A stretch of DNA of 64,000 nucleotides from an uncultured Clostridia bacterium (lineage in GTDB: Bacteria > Bacillota > Clostridia > Christensenellales > UBA1242). Position 1 is the first letter of the stretch. Every line of letters starts with the position of its first letter. The DNA lies in NCBI GenBank assembly GCA_947627545.1, contig CANQWK010000008.1, positions 352-64,351 of the forward strand, given 5' to 3'. The position numbers and the translations under genes were made by a program. Below the pieces are notes generated by a model, which was not told where the DNA came from, searched no databases, and saw only the letters and a list, made by a program, of their open reading frames with translations. Shown here in pieces: positions 1 through 8,525 of the stretch.

Positions 1-627
1 TTATTGCTTGTTCAGCTACGCGGTTTGCCAAATCTACAATTGTTTGATTTCGGTTTAATTTATAGCCGTCTATATCTAAATACATTCTAATAGGGCCTTC
101 GCTTCTCAATTTTAAGCCACTTAAAAGATATTGCAATGCTTGAATATTCTCCCCATGATAGCCAATAAGTTTGCCTAAATTTTCGCCCTTTAAAGCAAAT
201 GAAATTTCATTTTCGCCTGCGGTTACCTGCACTGTTGCGGTTTGGTCAATTAACTGAGCAAGTCCAAGTAAAAACTCTTGCCCACGTTTAACCAACCTAG
301 ATGTATCTACCACGCGTTTAGGTTTTTCAGGTTTTGTTTCTTCTTGCTCGGCATTTTCTACATTTGATGATGCCTGTTCACTTTCATTAACTTGAGCCAA
401 CTGCTCTTCTGCATTTTTGTCCGCTTGCTCGCCATTATTTTGCGGCTGATTGGCAGTTTCGGTTTTTGTTTCGGCGTCTTCGCCCCACAACAACACAACT
501 TTTGCTTTTTTAAATAGTCCGCCTTCTTCTATAACTTTTACTTCAACTTCATCACGAGTTAAGCCGCACTCTAAAAGCCCATTTTGAATGGCTATATCTA
601 CATTTTTGCCTGTTGCTTCTAATTTCA
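1..627 (-). CDS. jag: Jag/KhpB RNA-binding protein; the C-terminus runs off the window edge
   Basis: Missing from the ORF track because no stop lies inside the window. Reverse translation from the ATG at 625-627 gives MKLEATGKNVDIAIQNGLLECGLTRDEVEVKVIEEGGLFKKAKV... followed by a KH-like block ...GENLGKLIGYHGENIQALQYLLSGL... It lies directly downstream of yidC, as in the conserved rnpA-yidD-yidC-jag cluster. Confidence 0.75.
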
Positions 628-892
628 TAAAACACTTCCCTTTAAAACAATTTCAATTTAAACTGCTTAAATAAATTTATTAAGATTTAACCAATTTAAA
701 ATTTAATAATTAACTTTATAAACAAACTAAATCAATTACAAAATTTTAAACCTAAACCAAACTGCAAATTAAACTGAAACATTAAATTTAAAATAATTAT
801 ATCCATTTAAATTTTGTTGAGTTAATTATATCATAAAAAAACAAAAAAGGCAAGACTTATGCAAAAGTTTTACCTTTTTTAAATAATTTGTT

Positions 893-1969
893 TTATTTTT
901 TGTAATTTCTAGAATATTCAACCACGGTAACGTTGCGTTTTTTTAGTAAGATGTCATCTTCATGACCTTCGTATTTTTTGTTAATTTTACGCATAATTAG
1001 CGAAATTATGGTTGAAATTATAGCAGTAACAAGCGAGTTTACAATGATGTAAAGCGTATAAATTACGTTTGAAGTAGATGCCAAAATTAGCATAGTTATA
1101 GGCACAACGGCGAACATAACAATGTTGGTGGTGCCCATTTTTTGACCTTTTGGAGAAAGCAGTTTTGCCGATAAAAATTGTGTTAAGAACGATATAATAA
1201 CAGCCAAAATAATTAGCACGTAGTAGCCGTTTGCTTGGCTAGAGCCACCAATTGCTTGCTTGGTAATAAAGTTATATCTAACTTCAAACTCTTGTTTTAT
1301 GGCGTCAATTTGCTCGTCAGAAAGGTCTTTAAATTGTTCCTTATTTTGCCTTTTATACTCGTTAAAATAGTCGTTAAAACTCATAAATTGACTAGTTTTC
1401 GTGTCGCTTTTCCACACATTTTTAACCCATAACCAACTATTTTTTTCCTTTATATCGTCATATTTTTGCTTAATAACAAGTTTAAGTTCTTCTTGCTGTT
1501 CAACAGTAAAATCTTGCCCACTTGTAACGCCAAATTTGACTTGTTTTTCCACATAAGTTCGGTCAAGTTCGTTAAACGATGTGTATAATTTATCTGCACC
1601 GAACGAACGCACACTTGAATAAAGGGTGAACAAAATAACCATGTTCAAAATTAACGAAACAAGCATAATAATACAACTTCCGCCAAGTCCGGTGTTGTAT
1701 TTTTTATATAATTTGTTGGTTTCTTGGTTTAGGCGTTCTTTATCGTTGCCATATTTTTTTTGAAGGTTTTGCAATTCAGGTTGCATTGCATTCATAACAC
1801 GAGTTTGCTTTGAACTTGCCACACGCTGAACAACATCAAGCGGAGTAAGCACCAATTTTAAGCAGATTGTAAAAAGAATAATTGCCCAGCCGTAGTTTAC
1901 CACCCAGCGAGCAAATAAACCTATTAAGGTTGTCCATAAATTACCAGAAAGTAATGTTGAAATAATCAT
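893..1969 (-). CDS. yidC: YidC/Oxa1-family membrane protein insertase
   Basis: 358-aa polytopic membrane ORF located between yidD and jag. Overall YidC-like layout with a charged K/E/Q-rich loop. Confidence 0.88.
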   Translation of the reverse strand: MIISTLLSGNLWTTLIGLFARWVVNYGWAIILFTICLKLVLTPLDVVQRVASSKQTRVMNAMQPELQNLQKKYGNDKERLNQETNKLYKKYNTGLGGSCIIMLVSLILNMVILFTLYSSVRSFGADKLYTSFNELDRTYVEKQVKFGVTSGQDFTVEQQEELKLVIKQKYDDIKEKNSWLWVKNVWKSDTKTSQFMSFNDYFNEYKRQNKEQFKDLSDEQIDAIKQEFEVRYNFITKQAIGGSSQANGYYVLIILAVIISFLTQFLSAKLLSPKGQKMGTTNIVMFAVVPITMLILASTSNVIYTLYIIVNSLVTAIISTIISLIMRKINKKYEGHEDDILLKKRNVTVVEYSRNYKK

Positions 1970-2189
1970 AATTTAAATTCCTATTTTTTAATTTTTAAGT
2001 TTTGCCTTTATTTACCTTTTTGATTTAGTTTTACCTTTTGTATTTTTGCCTTTATTTGCCTTTTTTTGATTTATTTTGTTTTATGTCTTTTTGTTTTTTC
2101 CCTTATTTGCCTTTTAACTTGTGCTTTTTAATTTTAACAATTGTATTTAATATCTTAATTAAGTAAATTTTAAGCACTATCTTATAAAT

Positions 2190-2465
2190 CTAACATTTAT
2201 ATTTATAATTTCCTTTAAGGTTAAGCGGCGGAAAGTCCACTCCAGCCTGAACGTTTGGCCTACAACGTAAAAGCCGCTTTGCTGCTAGCACTCCACCCCA
2301 AATTGCACCAAATTGTTTAACGCACATTAAGGCATAACTACTGCAAGTAGGCAGATATTTGCACGACCTATTCATCATTTTGCTAAAAGTGAATTTGTAA
2401 AGCCAAATTAAGCCCATTAAAATTAACGTTAAAGGATAAGTTAAAACATAATAAATTTTAAACAT
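2190..2465 (-). CDS. yidD: Membrane protein insertion efficiency factor YidD
   Basis: 91 aa carrying the YidD signature ...CKYLPTCSSYALMCVKQFG...LRCRP. Overlaps the rnpA stop codon. Confidence 0.85.
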   Translation of the reverse strand: MFKIYYVLTYPLTLILMGLIWLYKFTFSKMMNRSCKYLPTCSSYALMCVKQFGAIWGGVLAAKRLLRCRPNVQAGVDFPPLNLKGNYKYKC

Positions 2466-2994
2466 CTTTTTTACTCTTTACAACTTTTGTTTGTTTTGGT
2501 TTTTCGGCTTGTAATGATTTTTTAGGCTGAGGTTTTTCAACCTGTGTTTTTTTAGTCTGCACTTTTTCGGTTTTTATTTCTTTGTCATTAACATTTGCTT
2601 GCTTAAAAATTTTTGGTTGTTCTAATTTTTCAGTTTTTAATTTAGGCTTATCATTTTCACCTTTAATTAGGCCGTTTTTCTTTAATAAAGATAAAATTTC
2701 GGTTTCAACTTCGGTAGATTTTTTATTTACAATAGATGGTTTTGGCGTAAATATATAATTTTTTATGGCAAATTTATCTATGTTAAGGCGGCAAGCCTCA
2801 CTAATAATTCGCTTAACTCTGCTACGCACCACGCTGTTGCCAACGGTTTTGCTAACGCTAATGCCAATTTGAGCATAAGGCTTAAACGCTTGCACGTAGT
2901 GAATAGTAAAGTCCGCCGAATGTGCAACTTGACCTTTTTTGTAGATATAATTAAATTCCTTTCGCTTTTTTAAGCGGTTTGCTTTATTTAACAC
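2458..2994 (-). CDS. rnpA: RNase P protein component with a lysine-rich C-terminal extension
   Basis: The N-terminal about 110 aa (LNKANRLKKRKEFNYIYKKG...SVSKTVGNSVVRSRVKRIISEA) match RnpA. The likely start is the GTG at 2992-2994, preceded by GGGGGA; the ORF track extends to a TTG at 3012. It lies downstream of rpmH. Confidence 0.85.
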   Translation of the reverse strand: MLNKANRLKKRKEFNYIYKKGQVAHSADFTIHYVQAFKPYAQIGISVSKTVGNSVVRSRVKRIISEACRLNIDKFAIKNYIFTPKPSIVNKKSTEVETEILSLLKKNGLIKGENDKPKLKTEKLEQPKIFKQANVNDKEIKTEKVQTKKTQVEKPQPKKSLQAEKPKQTKVVKSKKDV

Positions 2995-3124
2995 ATATCC
3001 CCCAAAACACAAATTTGCTTTTTGTTTGCAGTTTTAAATTTTTTAAATTAAACTTGCTTGCTCATTAAGGCTCAACACAGCAATTAAACTAAAAAACGCC
3101 AACCGCAAATACTTGTCGTTTAAA

Positions 3125-3268
3125 TTATCTATCGCTAACAGTAAGTTGTTTTTTACCTTTGTTTCTACGCCTTTTAAGCACATTTCTGCCAGATAAAGTT
3201 TTCATTCTTGCTCTAAAACCATGCACTTTATTGCGTTGTTTTTTCTTAGGTTGATAAGTTTGTTTCAT
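3125..3268 (-). CDS. rpmH: 50S ribosomal protein L34
   Basis: Not in the ORF track (47 aa). Manual translation gives [47 protein letters not shown], a classic L34 sequence, upstream of rnpA. Confidence 0.95.
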   Translation of the reverse strand: MKQTYQPKKKQRNKVHGFRARMKTLSGRNVLKRRRNKGKKQLTVSDR

Positions 3269-3402
3269 AAATAGCTCCTTTTAAAATGTAAGTAATTACT
3301 TATATTAATTAACCATAAAGGCTAAAAGATAGTTTAAATGAACAATAGAAAGCATAAAAATTGAAAGTCATTTAGAACTAAATAATATACAAGTATTTAG
3401 AT

Positions 3403-3431
3403 ATAATAACAAAAAAAAGAATAATTGTCAA
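3403..3431 (-). promoter_or_regulatory. Candidate sigma-70 promoter for rpmH-rnpA
   Basis: On the minus strand: TTGACA (3426-3431), a 17-nt spacer, then TATTAT (3403-3408). Confidence 0.45.
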
Positions 3432-3436
3432 TAAAA

Positions 3437-3478
3437 AAAGCAAATTTTTTAATTTACTTTAAAACGACAAATTTTGCT
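3437..3478 (-). terminator. Candidate terminator closing the 3' UTR that contains the module-A array
   Basis: On the minus strand: stem gcaaaattt/aaatttgc with a large loop, followed by a run of 7 T. Confidence 0.4.
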
Positions 3479-3521
3479 TTTCTAACCTTTTAGCCCTCTA
3501 CTTTGCCTGTCCATATCTTCT

Positions 3522-3645
3522 GCGTCGCAGAATTCGCCCTTTCTCGTTTGCTTTCGCAAACTTCGATTTCTGCTCTTCTGTTCCTTTCCCCCCTTCAAAA
3601 CATTTCCTATGTTTTGTGGGGTCCCCTATTCGTTGTAGAAGATAT
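3522..3645 (-). ncRNA. Unclassified structured scaffold plus 15-nt target-mirroring segment, copy A1
   Basis: Read on the minus strand: atatcttctacaacg, then aataGGGGACCCC, hairpin caaaacat/atgttttg, GGGGGGAAAGGAACAG, CGAAG, hairpin gtttgc-GAAA-gcaaac, CGAGAAAGGG...gcgacgc. It is homologous in layout to 44983-45104. No transcription evidence is available. Confidence 0.4.
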
Positions 3646-3718
3646 TAAACCTTTTACTTTATATCTTATAAAATCTTGTTAACCTTTTAGTCCTCTACTT
3701 TGCCTGTCCATATCTTCT

Positions 3719-3841
3719 GCGTCACAGAATTCGCTCTTTCTCGTTTGCTTTCGCAAACTTCGATTTTTGCTCTTCTGTTCCTTTCCCCCTTCAAAACATT
3801 TCCTATGTTTTGTGGGGTCCCCTATTCGTTGTAGAAGATAT
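3719..3841 (-). ncRNA. Unclassified structured scaffold plus 15-nt target-mirroring segment, copy A2
   Basis: Near-identical tandem copy of 3522-3645, with a few substitutions and a 1-nt C-run difference. Confidence 0.4.
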
Positions 3842-3875
3842 TAAACCTTTTACTTTATATCTTATAAAATCTTTT

Positions 3876-4163
3876 CTAACCTTTTAGCCCTCTACTTTGC
3901 CTGTCCATATCTTCTACAACGATGTCGCAAATTTCACCCAAGGTAGAACAATATTTTAACACGTCCCACGGCTCGTTGGTGTGAAAATGAATTTTTACAG
4001 TTTCGCTATCATCACCCAAACCATCGCCTACTGCTATTAAACAATCTCCCTTAAAATTTTTTAAAAAATATTCTCTAATTTTGCGTTCGCTTAAATTTTT
4101 GCCTTCAATTAAAAGTTGAGTATCATATCTAAATTCAATCATAATTTCTCCTTTTATAGCCAA
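3876..4163 (-). CDS. Small stand-alone protein resembling the central region of FakA/YloV (DAK2-domain fusion) proteins
   Basis: 95 aa. The block ...GDCLIAVGD...VKIHFHTNEPWDVLKYCSTLGEICDIVVEDMDRQ resembles, from memory, the GDSL.VV...VHVHTN.P..VL....G.L..I.I.NM..Q block of YloV/FakA. No DhaL or DegV-like domains are attached. Confidence 0.5.
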   Translation of the reverse strand: MAIKGEIMIEFRYDTQLLIEGKNLSERKIREYFLKNFKGDCLIAVGDGLGDDSETVKIHFHTNEPWDVLKYCSTLGEICDIVVEDMDRQSRGLKG

Positions 4164-4208
4164 ACTTAAAAATTTGGCTGCGTAATTTTAAATAAATTTA
4201 CACTACTT

Positions 4209-4871
4209 CTAGCCCTGATTTGCACGGTTAAATTTTATAATGTAATTATATATCTGCTCAGTTGTGTCTTGAACATTGTTTTGGTCAAAGAAAATTGAAT
4301 GCCCTCCCATGCGAGTAAAAGGAATTAAATTTTTTTCGCGGTCATCAATAAGCAAACTTTCTTCCGCTTTAATTTTCCATTTTTTTAATGCTGCCAAATA
4401 AATTTCTTCATCTGGCTTAACAAAGCCCACATCGCACGAAAACATCATATCTTTAAACCAATCTTTATTTAAAAGTTTAGCAACGGCATCAACCGTGTCC
4501 TTATTCATGTTGGAAAGCACGTAGATGTTAAATCCGGTATCGTGCAATTGTTTAATAAGTTTTAAACTATCTTTTATAAACACAATTTTAGATTTATGGT
4601 TAATTTTTTCATTAATTAAACTAACAATTTCAAGCGGCTCGCCGGTTTCTTCCGCCACCGATTCCGCAAACCTTTCCTTGCTAACAAGGCCTTTTTCGTA
4701 GCCGGTTGCCCTGCCTTTTGTTAGATATTTAAAATAATAATCTCTAAGCCCCATGCCCTTATAACGCTTGCCGAACTTAAACCTCAACCCAAGCGGAAGC
4801 ATACTGTTTATGCTACAATTTTTAATTTCTTTAATAACTCCGCCCAAATCGAAAATAACATTTTTAATCAT
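4209..4871 (-). CDS. HAD-superfamily hydrolase
   Basis: N-terminal DLGGV motif (DxDx[TV] type), a SN motif-II region and a C-terminal DD motif, in a protein of about 220 aa. Confidence 0.7.
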   Translation of the reverse strand: MIKNVIFDLGGVIKEIKNCSINSMLPLGLRFKFGKRYKGMGLRDYYFKYLTKGRATGYEKGLVSKERFAESVAEETGEPLEIVSLINEKINHKSKIVFIKDSLKLIKQLHDTGFNIYVLSNMNKDTVDAVAKLLNKDWFKDMMFSCDVGFVKPDEEIYLAALKKWKIKAEESLLIDDREKNLIPFTRMGGHSIFFDQNNVQDTTEQIYNYIIKFNRANQG

Positions 4872-5231
4872 AACACTCCTAATAACGCAATTACAAATTG
4901 AATTTAATGTTTAAATTTTATCTTTAAACACTATAATTTTTTTATCTTAATAGATATTTAAAACACTATAATTTTTTATCTTAATAAATATTAATGTCTA
5001 TATAAATTTCTATAATATTTAATATATTTTTTATATTATAACATAAAAATTTTTTATTTCAAACTAATTTTACAATCAAATTTTAACGCTAAAACCCTTC
5101 AAAATTTTTAAACTTTGCTAATTTATTTAAATGTATTAATAAAAAAACACCATTTACTTAAAATCAATCGCAAATTCATAAATTTTACAAATAATGTTGC
5201 TAAACAATTAAAAATTTGTTAATATGAAGTT

Positions 5232-6176
5232 ATGAATATTTTAAATGGTAAAATGGTGGCGGAAGAAATTAAAAATCAGGTTAAATTGCGAGCAGAAAAA
5301 TTAGGCAAACCTGTTTGTTTGGCGTGCATAATTGTTGAGGGTAACCCAGCAAGCGAAATTTATGTAGTGTCTAAACAAAAAGCGTGCGAAACCTACGGCT
5401 TAAAATCTAAAATTATAAGGTTAAAAAACAATGTTAGCCAAGCCGAGTTGGAAAACACAATTATTTCGCTTAATAAGGACAAAAAAATCTCCGCAATTTT
5501 GCTTCAACTTCCACTACCTAAACAACTCAACGAACAGAAAGCCATAAATTTAATAAGTCCGCAAAAGGACGCCGATTGCCTAACTCCACAAAACTTAGGC
5601 AGATTATTTTCCTCACAAAGCAAATTTGCCCCATGCACAGCAAACGGAATTATAAAATTATTAAACCGATACAACATTAAAATTGAAGGCAAACACGCGG
5701 TTGTTGTTGGCAGAAGTTTGCTTGTAGGCAAGCCGATTGCAGCACTGTTAGAGCAACATAATGCCACAGTAACAATCTGCCACAGCAAAACCGAAAATTT
5801 AGAGTATTTCACGCGCCAAGCCGACATTTTAATTGTAGCAATAGGCAAACCAAATTATATAACCGCCAACCACATAAAACAAAACGCAGTTGTTGTAGAT
5901 GTTGGAATAAACCGCATAACCGAAAATAATTTACAAAGCAAAAACGCAACTTTAAACAACTCAAACAACAACTCAAACTACTTAAACAACAACACAAATA
6001 GCAACACAAATAATAACAAAACAAAAATATGCGGAGATGTAAATTTTGAAGAAGTTAAAGAAATTTGTTCATATATAACGCCTGTGCCAGGCGGAGTTGG
6101 ACCATTGACAGTTGCCTGCTTACTAGACAACACTCTAACCTTGGCAGAAACCACAGCCGAGCAAACGAACAAATAA
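5232..6176 (+). CDS. folD: Bifunctional methylene-THF dehydrogenase/methenyl-THF cyclohydrolase
   Basis: VSKQKACE..., LQLPLP, VVGRSLLVGKPIA and PVPGGVGPLTVA motifs. Contains an Asn-rich insertion (NNSNNNSNYLNNNTNSNTNNNKTK). Confidence 0.9.
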   Translation: MNILNGKMVAEEIKNQVKLRAEKLGKPVCLACIIVEGNPASEIYVVSKQKACETYGLKSKIIRLKNNVSQAELENTIISLNKDKKISAILLQLPLPKQLNEQKAINLISPQKDADCLTPQNLGRLFSSQSKFAPCTANGIIKLLNRYNIKIEGKHAVVVGRSLLVGKPIAALLEQHNATVTICHSKTENLEYFTRQADILIVAIGKPNYITANHIKQNAVVVDVGINRITENNLQSKNATLNNSNNNSNYLNNNTNSNTNNNKTKICGDVNFEEVKEICSYITPVPGGVGPLTVACLLDNTLTLAETTAEQTNK

Positions 6177-6182
6177 TTTAAA

Positions 6183-6443
6183 TTAGTTGTTTTTTTGTTT
6201 TAATTCATTTAATTTTTTGTTAAAAAAGGTTAATTCTTTTTCAATTCTTATTAATAGATTTAACAAGTTTATATCTTGTTTGTTTAAATTTTGATTTTGT
6301 TCAAATTGAGAGCAGCCAAATTGCATTTTATTTTCCATACAATGACCACATGCAAGTTCTCTAATTCCAACATCTTTAATGTTCACGTAATGTTGATGAA
6401 AATGCTTACAATTTTTACAATAATCATAATCTTTTTGTTTCAT
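6183..6443 (-). CDS. Hypothetical Cys-rich small protein (CxxC...CxxC)
   Basis: 86-aa ORF with an AGGAG-type RBS. Putative zinc-ribbon cysteines. Divergent from an XRE regulator. Confidence 0.4.
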   Translation of the reverse strand: MKQKDYDYCKNCKHFHQHYVNIKDVGIRELACGHCMENKMQFGCSQFEQNQNLNKQDINLLNLLIRIEKELTFFNKKLNELKQKNN

Positions 6444-6592
6444 AATTTTCTCCTTTGATATAATTTGTGTTTATTTATAATTTTATGATATAAAACATAT
6501 CGTTGGATTTATTGTAAAATATAAAACATATCATTGTCAAGTATTTTTGATATTAAATATAACAATTTTTTATTATTTTTTATTATATAGAT

Positions 6593-6901
6593 ATGAATAA
6601 TTTAATAAAATTTAGAAAAAGACTAAATTTAACGCAGGGAGAAATGGCTCTAAAGTTGGGTGTGCCAAGAGCAACATATCAAAGTTATGAAAACGGAAGA
6701 AACCAACCAAACATTCAAATGTTAATAAAAATGGCAGATGTTTTTAAGGTTAGTATAGATAGTTTGGTAGAGCATACAGGAGAATTAATTGATTTGCAAG
6801 CAATTAGCGCTAATCAAAGGTTGGCAGTAGAGGCTATTGTTAATAAATTGACTGATGAGCAGGTTGCTAGAGTTGTTGGTTATATTGACAATTTAAAATA
6901 G
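6593..6901 (+). CDS. XRE-family helix-turn-helix transcriptional regulator
   Basis: LTQGEMALKLGVPRATYQSYENG is a typical HTH_3 sequence. Confidence 0.7.
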   Translation: MNNLIKFRKRLNLTQGEMALKLGVPRATYQSYENGRNQPNIQMLIKMADVFKVSIDSLVEHTGELIDLQAISANQRLAVEAIVNKLTDEQVARVVGYIDNLK

Positions 6902-6950
6902 GTTTGAATAAATTTTAATATTAAGCAAAAACTATTGCAAGGAGATTTTT

Positions 6951-8225
6951 ATGAAAAAGAAAATATCTTGTTTTTTAGTTTTTGTTTTAATGCTCGCTTT
7001 ATTAATTGTTCCGGCGGTAAAAATTCAAATGAAAATGCCTGCAAATGCGTGGTCAGGTAGCCAAATTTTTCATAATTTAGAAGAAAAATCTGCAAAAAAA
7101 CTTGTCAACTTTGGCAAAACAAATCCGCAATCTGCAAATGAAAATTTTGTGGCTAACAGTTTGCCAATTGAGGCGGCTTGCGGCTACAAATCGGCTTTGT
7201 TATTAGATAAAAATTCAGGCAAAATTTTAGTAGAAAACAATTGTAACGAACGCTTGCCAATTGCAAGTGTAACCAAATTAATGACAATTTTATTAACGCT
7301 TGAAAAGGTAGATGCAGGCGAAATTTGTTTAGATGACATAGTAACAGTATCGCCAAACGCGAGTGGAATGGGCGGAAGTCAAGTGTTTTTAGACGCCAAC
7401 GCCGACTACAAATTAAGCGAACTTTTAAAATCGGTAATTGTTGCAAGTGCCAACGATAGCAGCGTTGCCTTAGCCGAACATATATCTGGCAGCGAAACAA
7501 ATTTTGTTCGTTTAATGAACGAGCGTGCAAGCGAATTAGGTTTAAACAACACTCACTACGCCAACTGCACCGGCTTGCCAACCAGCGAAGGTTATTCTTC
7601 GGCGTATGACCAAGCCATAATTTTATCAAAGGTGCTAACTCACCCTGTTTACGGCGAATTTTCACATATTTGGATGGAAGATTTTGCTCATCCAACCGGC
7701 AGAACCACACAAATGACAAACACCAATCGGTTATCACGCTTTTACGACGGATGTTTAGGCGGAAAAACCGGTTCAACCAGCCAGGCAAAATACTGCTTAG
7801 CGGTAGGAGCAGAACGCGGAGATTTACAATTAATTTCAGTTGTTTTAGGCGCAGAAAACAGCAAAGGACGATTTAAACTTGCCAGCGATTTGTTAAATTA
7901 CGGCTTTGAAAATTACAAAACCACAAAAATTTTAACCAACGCCGATTTAGCCAACCGACAATTAAAAATAAAAGGTATGAATAGATATTGCAACCTTAAA
8001 TTAGAGCGAGAATATAGCATAACAACAAAAATTGACGAACAAACAAATTACAGTTTAAACTTCAATTTGCCAAATATGTTAGATAGCGTTAAAGAAAATC
8101 AAATAGTAGGAAATGTAGAAATTGTTATAGACGGCGTTGTTGTGGATGCTATAAACATATTGTCTTGCCAAACATTAAATCAAGCTACAATTTGGGATTA
8201 TTTTAAAGATATTATTAAAGAATAA
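6951..8225 (+). CDS. D-alanyl-D-alanine carboxypeptidase (PBP5/DacB-type serine peptidase S11)
   Basis: Signal peptide; SVTK (ASVTKLMT), SAND and KTGST active-site motifs; C-terminal PBP5_C-like domain. Confidence 0.85.
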   Translation: MKKKISCFLVFVLMLALLIVPAVKIQMKMPANAWSGSQIFHNLEEKSAKKLVNFGKTNPQSANENFVANSLPIEAACGYKSALLLDKNSGKILVENNCNERLPIASVTKLMTILLTLEKVDAGEICLDDIVTVSPNASGMGGSQVFLDANADYKLSELLKSVIVASANDSSVALAEHISGSETNFVRLMNERASELGLNNTHYANCTGLPTSEGYSSAYDQAIILSKVLTHPVYGEFSHIWMEDFAHPTGRTTQMTNTNRLSRFYDGCLGGKTGSTSQAKYCLAVGAERGDLQLISVVLGAENSKGRFKLASDLLNYGFENYKTTKILTNADLANRQLKIKGMNRYCNLKLEREYSITTKIDEQTNYSLNFNLPNMLDSVKENQIVGNVEIVIDGVVVDAINILSCQTLNQATIWDYFKDIIKE

Positions 8226-8288
8226 TTTTAAATAAATTTTTAAAATAATATTTTAAAAAAAATACCAAAAAATTATTAAAAAATTAAA

Positions 8289-8316
8289 AATTGAGCCTAA
8301 AAACTCAATTTTTTAT
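8289..8316 (+). terminator. Rho-independent terminator after the carboxypeptidase gene
   Basis: Hairpin attgag-cctaaaa-ctcaat followed by a T-run. Confidence 0.6.
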
Positions 8317-8408
8317 TATTTTTTGCCTATTTTTTAATATTTTTTTATTTTTTTGTTAATTTTTTATAATTTTATTTTTTAAGTTTTTTATTATTTACTT
8401 TTTCTTTT

Positions 8409-8434
8409 GTTACTTTTCTTGCAAGAAAAGTAAC
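8409..8434. repeat. Intergenic palindromic element, copy 1
   Basis: Core GTTACTTTTCTTGCAAGAAAAGTAAC with a T-rich left flank and an A-rich right flank. Confidence 0.9.
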
Positions 8435-8525
8435 AGAAAAGAAAATTAATAAAATTAAAAACAAATAATAAAAAAACAAATTTAAAATTAAAAAATTTAT
8501 AAAACAAAAAATAAAAAATCTCATT

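Larger units (their letters stand above)
3476..3915. repeat. Tandem 197-bp repeat (about 2.2 units) downstream of the FakA-like small gene
   Basis: ctaaccttttag[c/t]cctctactttgcctgtccatatcttct recurs at 3482, 3679 and 3876, a period of 197. The two full units differ at only a handful of positions. Confidence 0.95.

Noticed and set aside
3476-3915. A diversity-generating retroelement (TR/VR pair), considered because the 3' end of a gene is copied downstream.
   Set aside because: The copied segment is mostly stop codon and UTR. The differences between copies are not adenine-specific. No RT or Avd gene is nearby, and the same architecture targets a tRNA gene.
4915-5000. A tandem duplication of about 37 bp (aaacactataattttt(t)atcttaata.ata) upstream of folD.
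   Set aside because: It is probably a duplicated AT-rich promoter-like segment (it contains tataat). Sequence alone does not support a riboswitch or other element.
7153-7788. Long antisense or overlapping ORFs in the track (e.g. 7153-7788, 5504-5848, 5809-6024, 13165-13746, 16092-16388, 19851-20054, 45448-45855, 62149-62460).
   Set aside because: Each lies fully inside a confidently identified gene on the other strand or in another frame. Their composition is low-complexity or Cys/Arg/Leu/Phe-biased, and they lack RBS or promoter signals.
8400-8445. The intergenic palindromes as ordinary rho-independent terminators.
   Set aside because: On both strands the T-rich tract precedes the hairpin and an A-rich tract follows it, the wrong polarity for an intrinsic terminator. 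They also occur in divergent promoter gaps, and separate GC-rich hairpins with T-runs sit at the actual gene ends.
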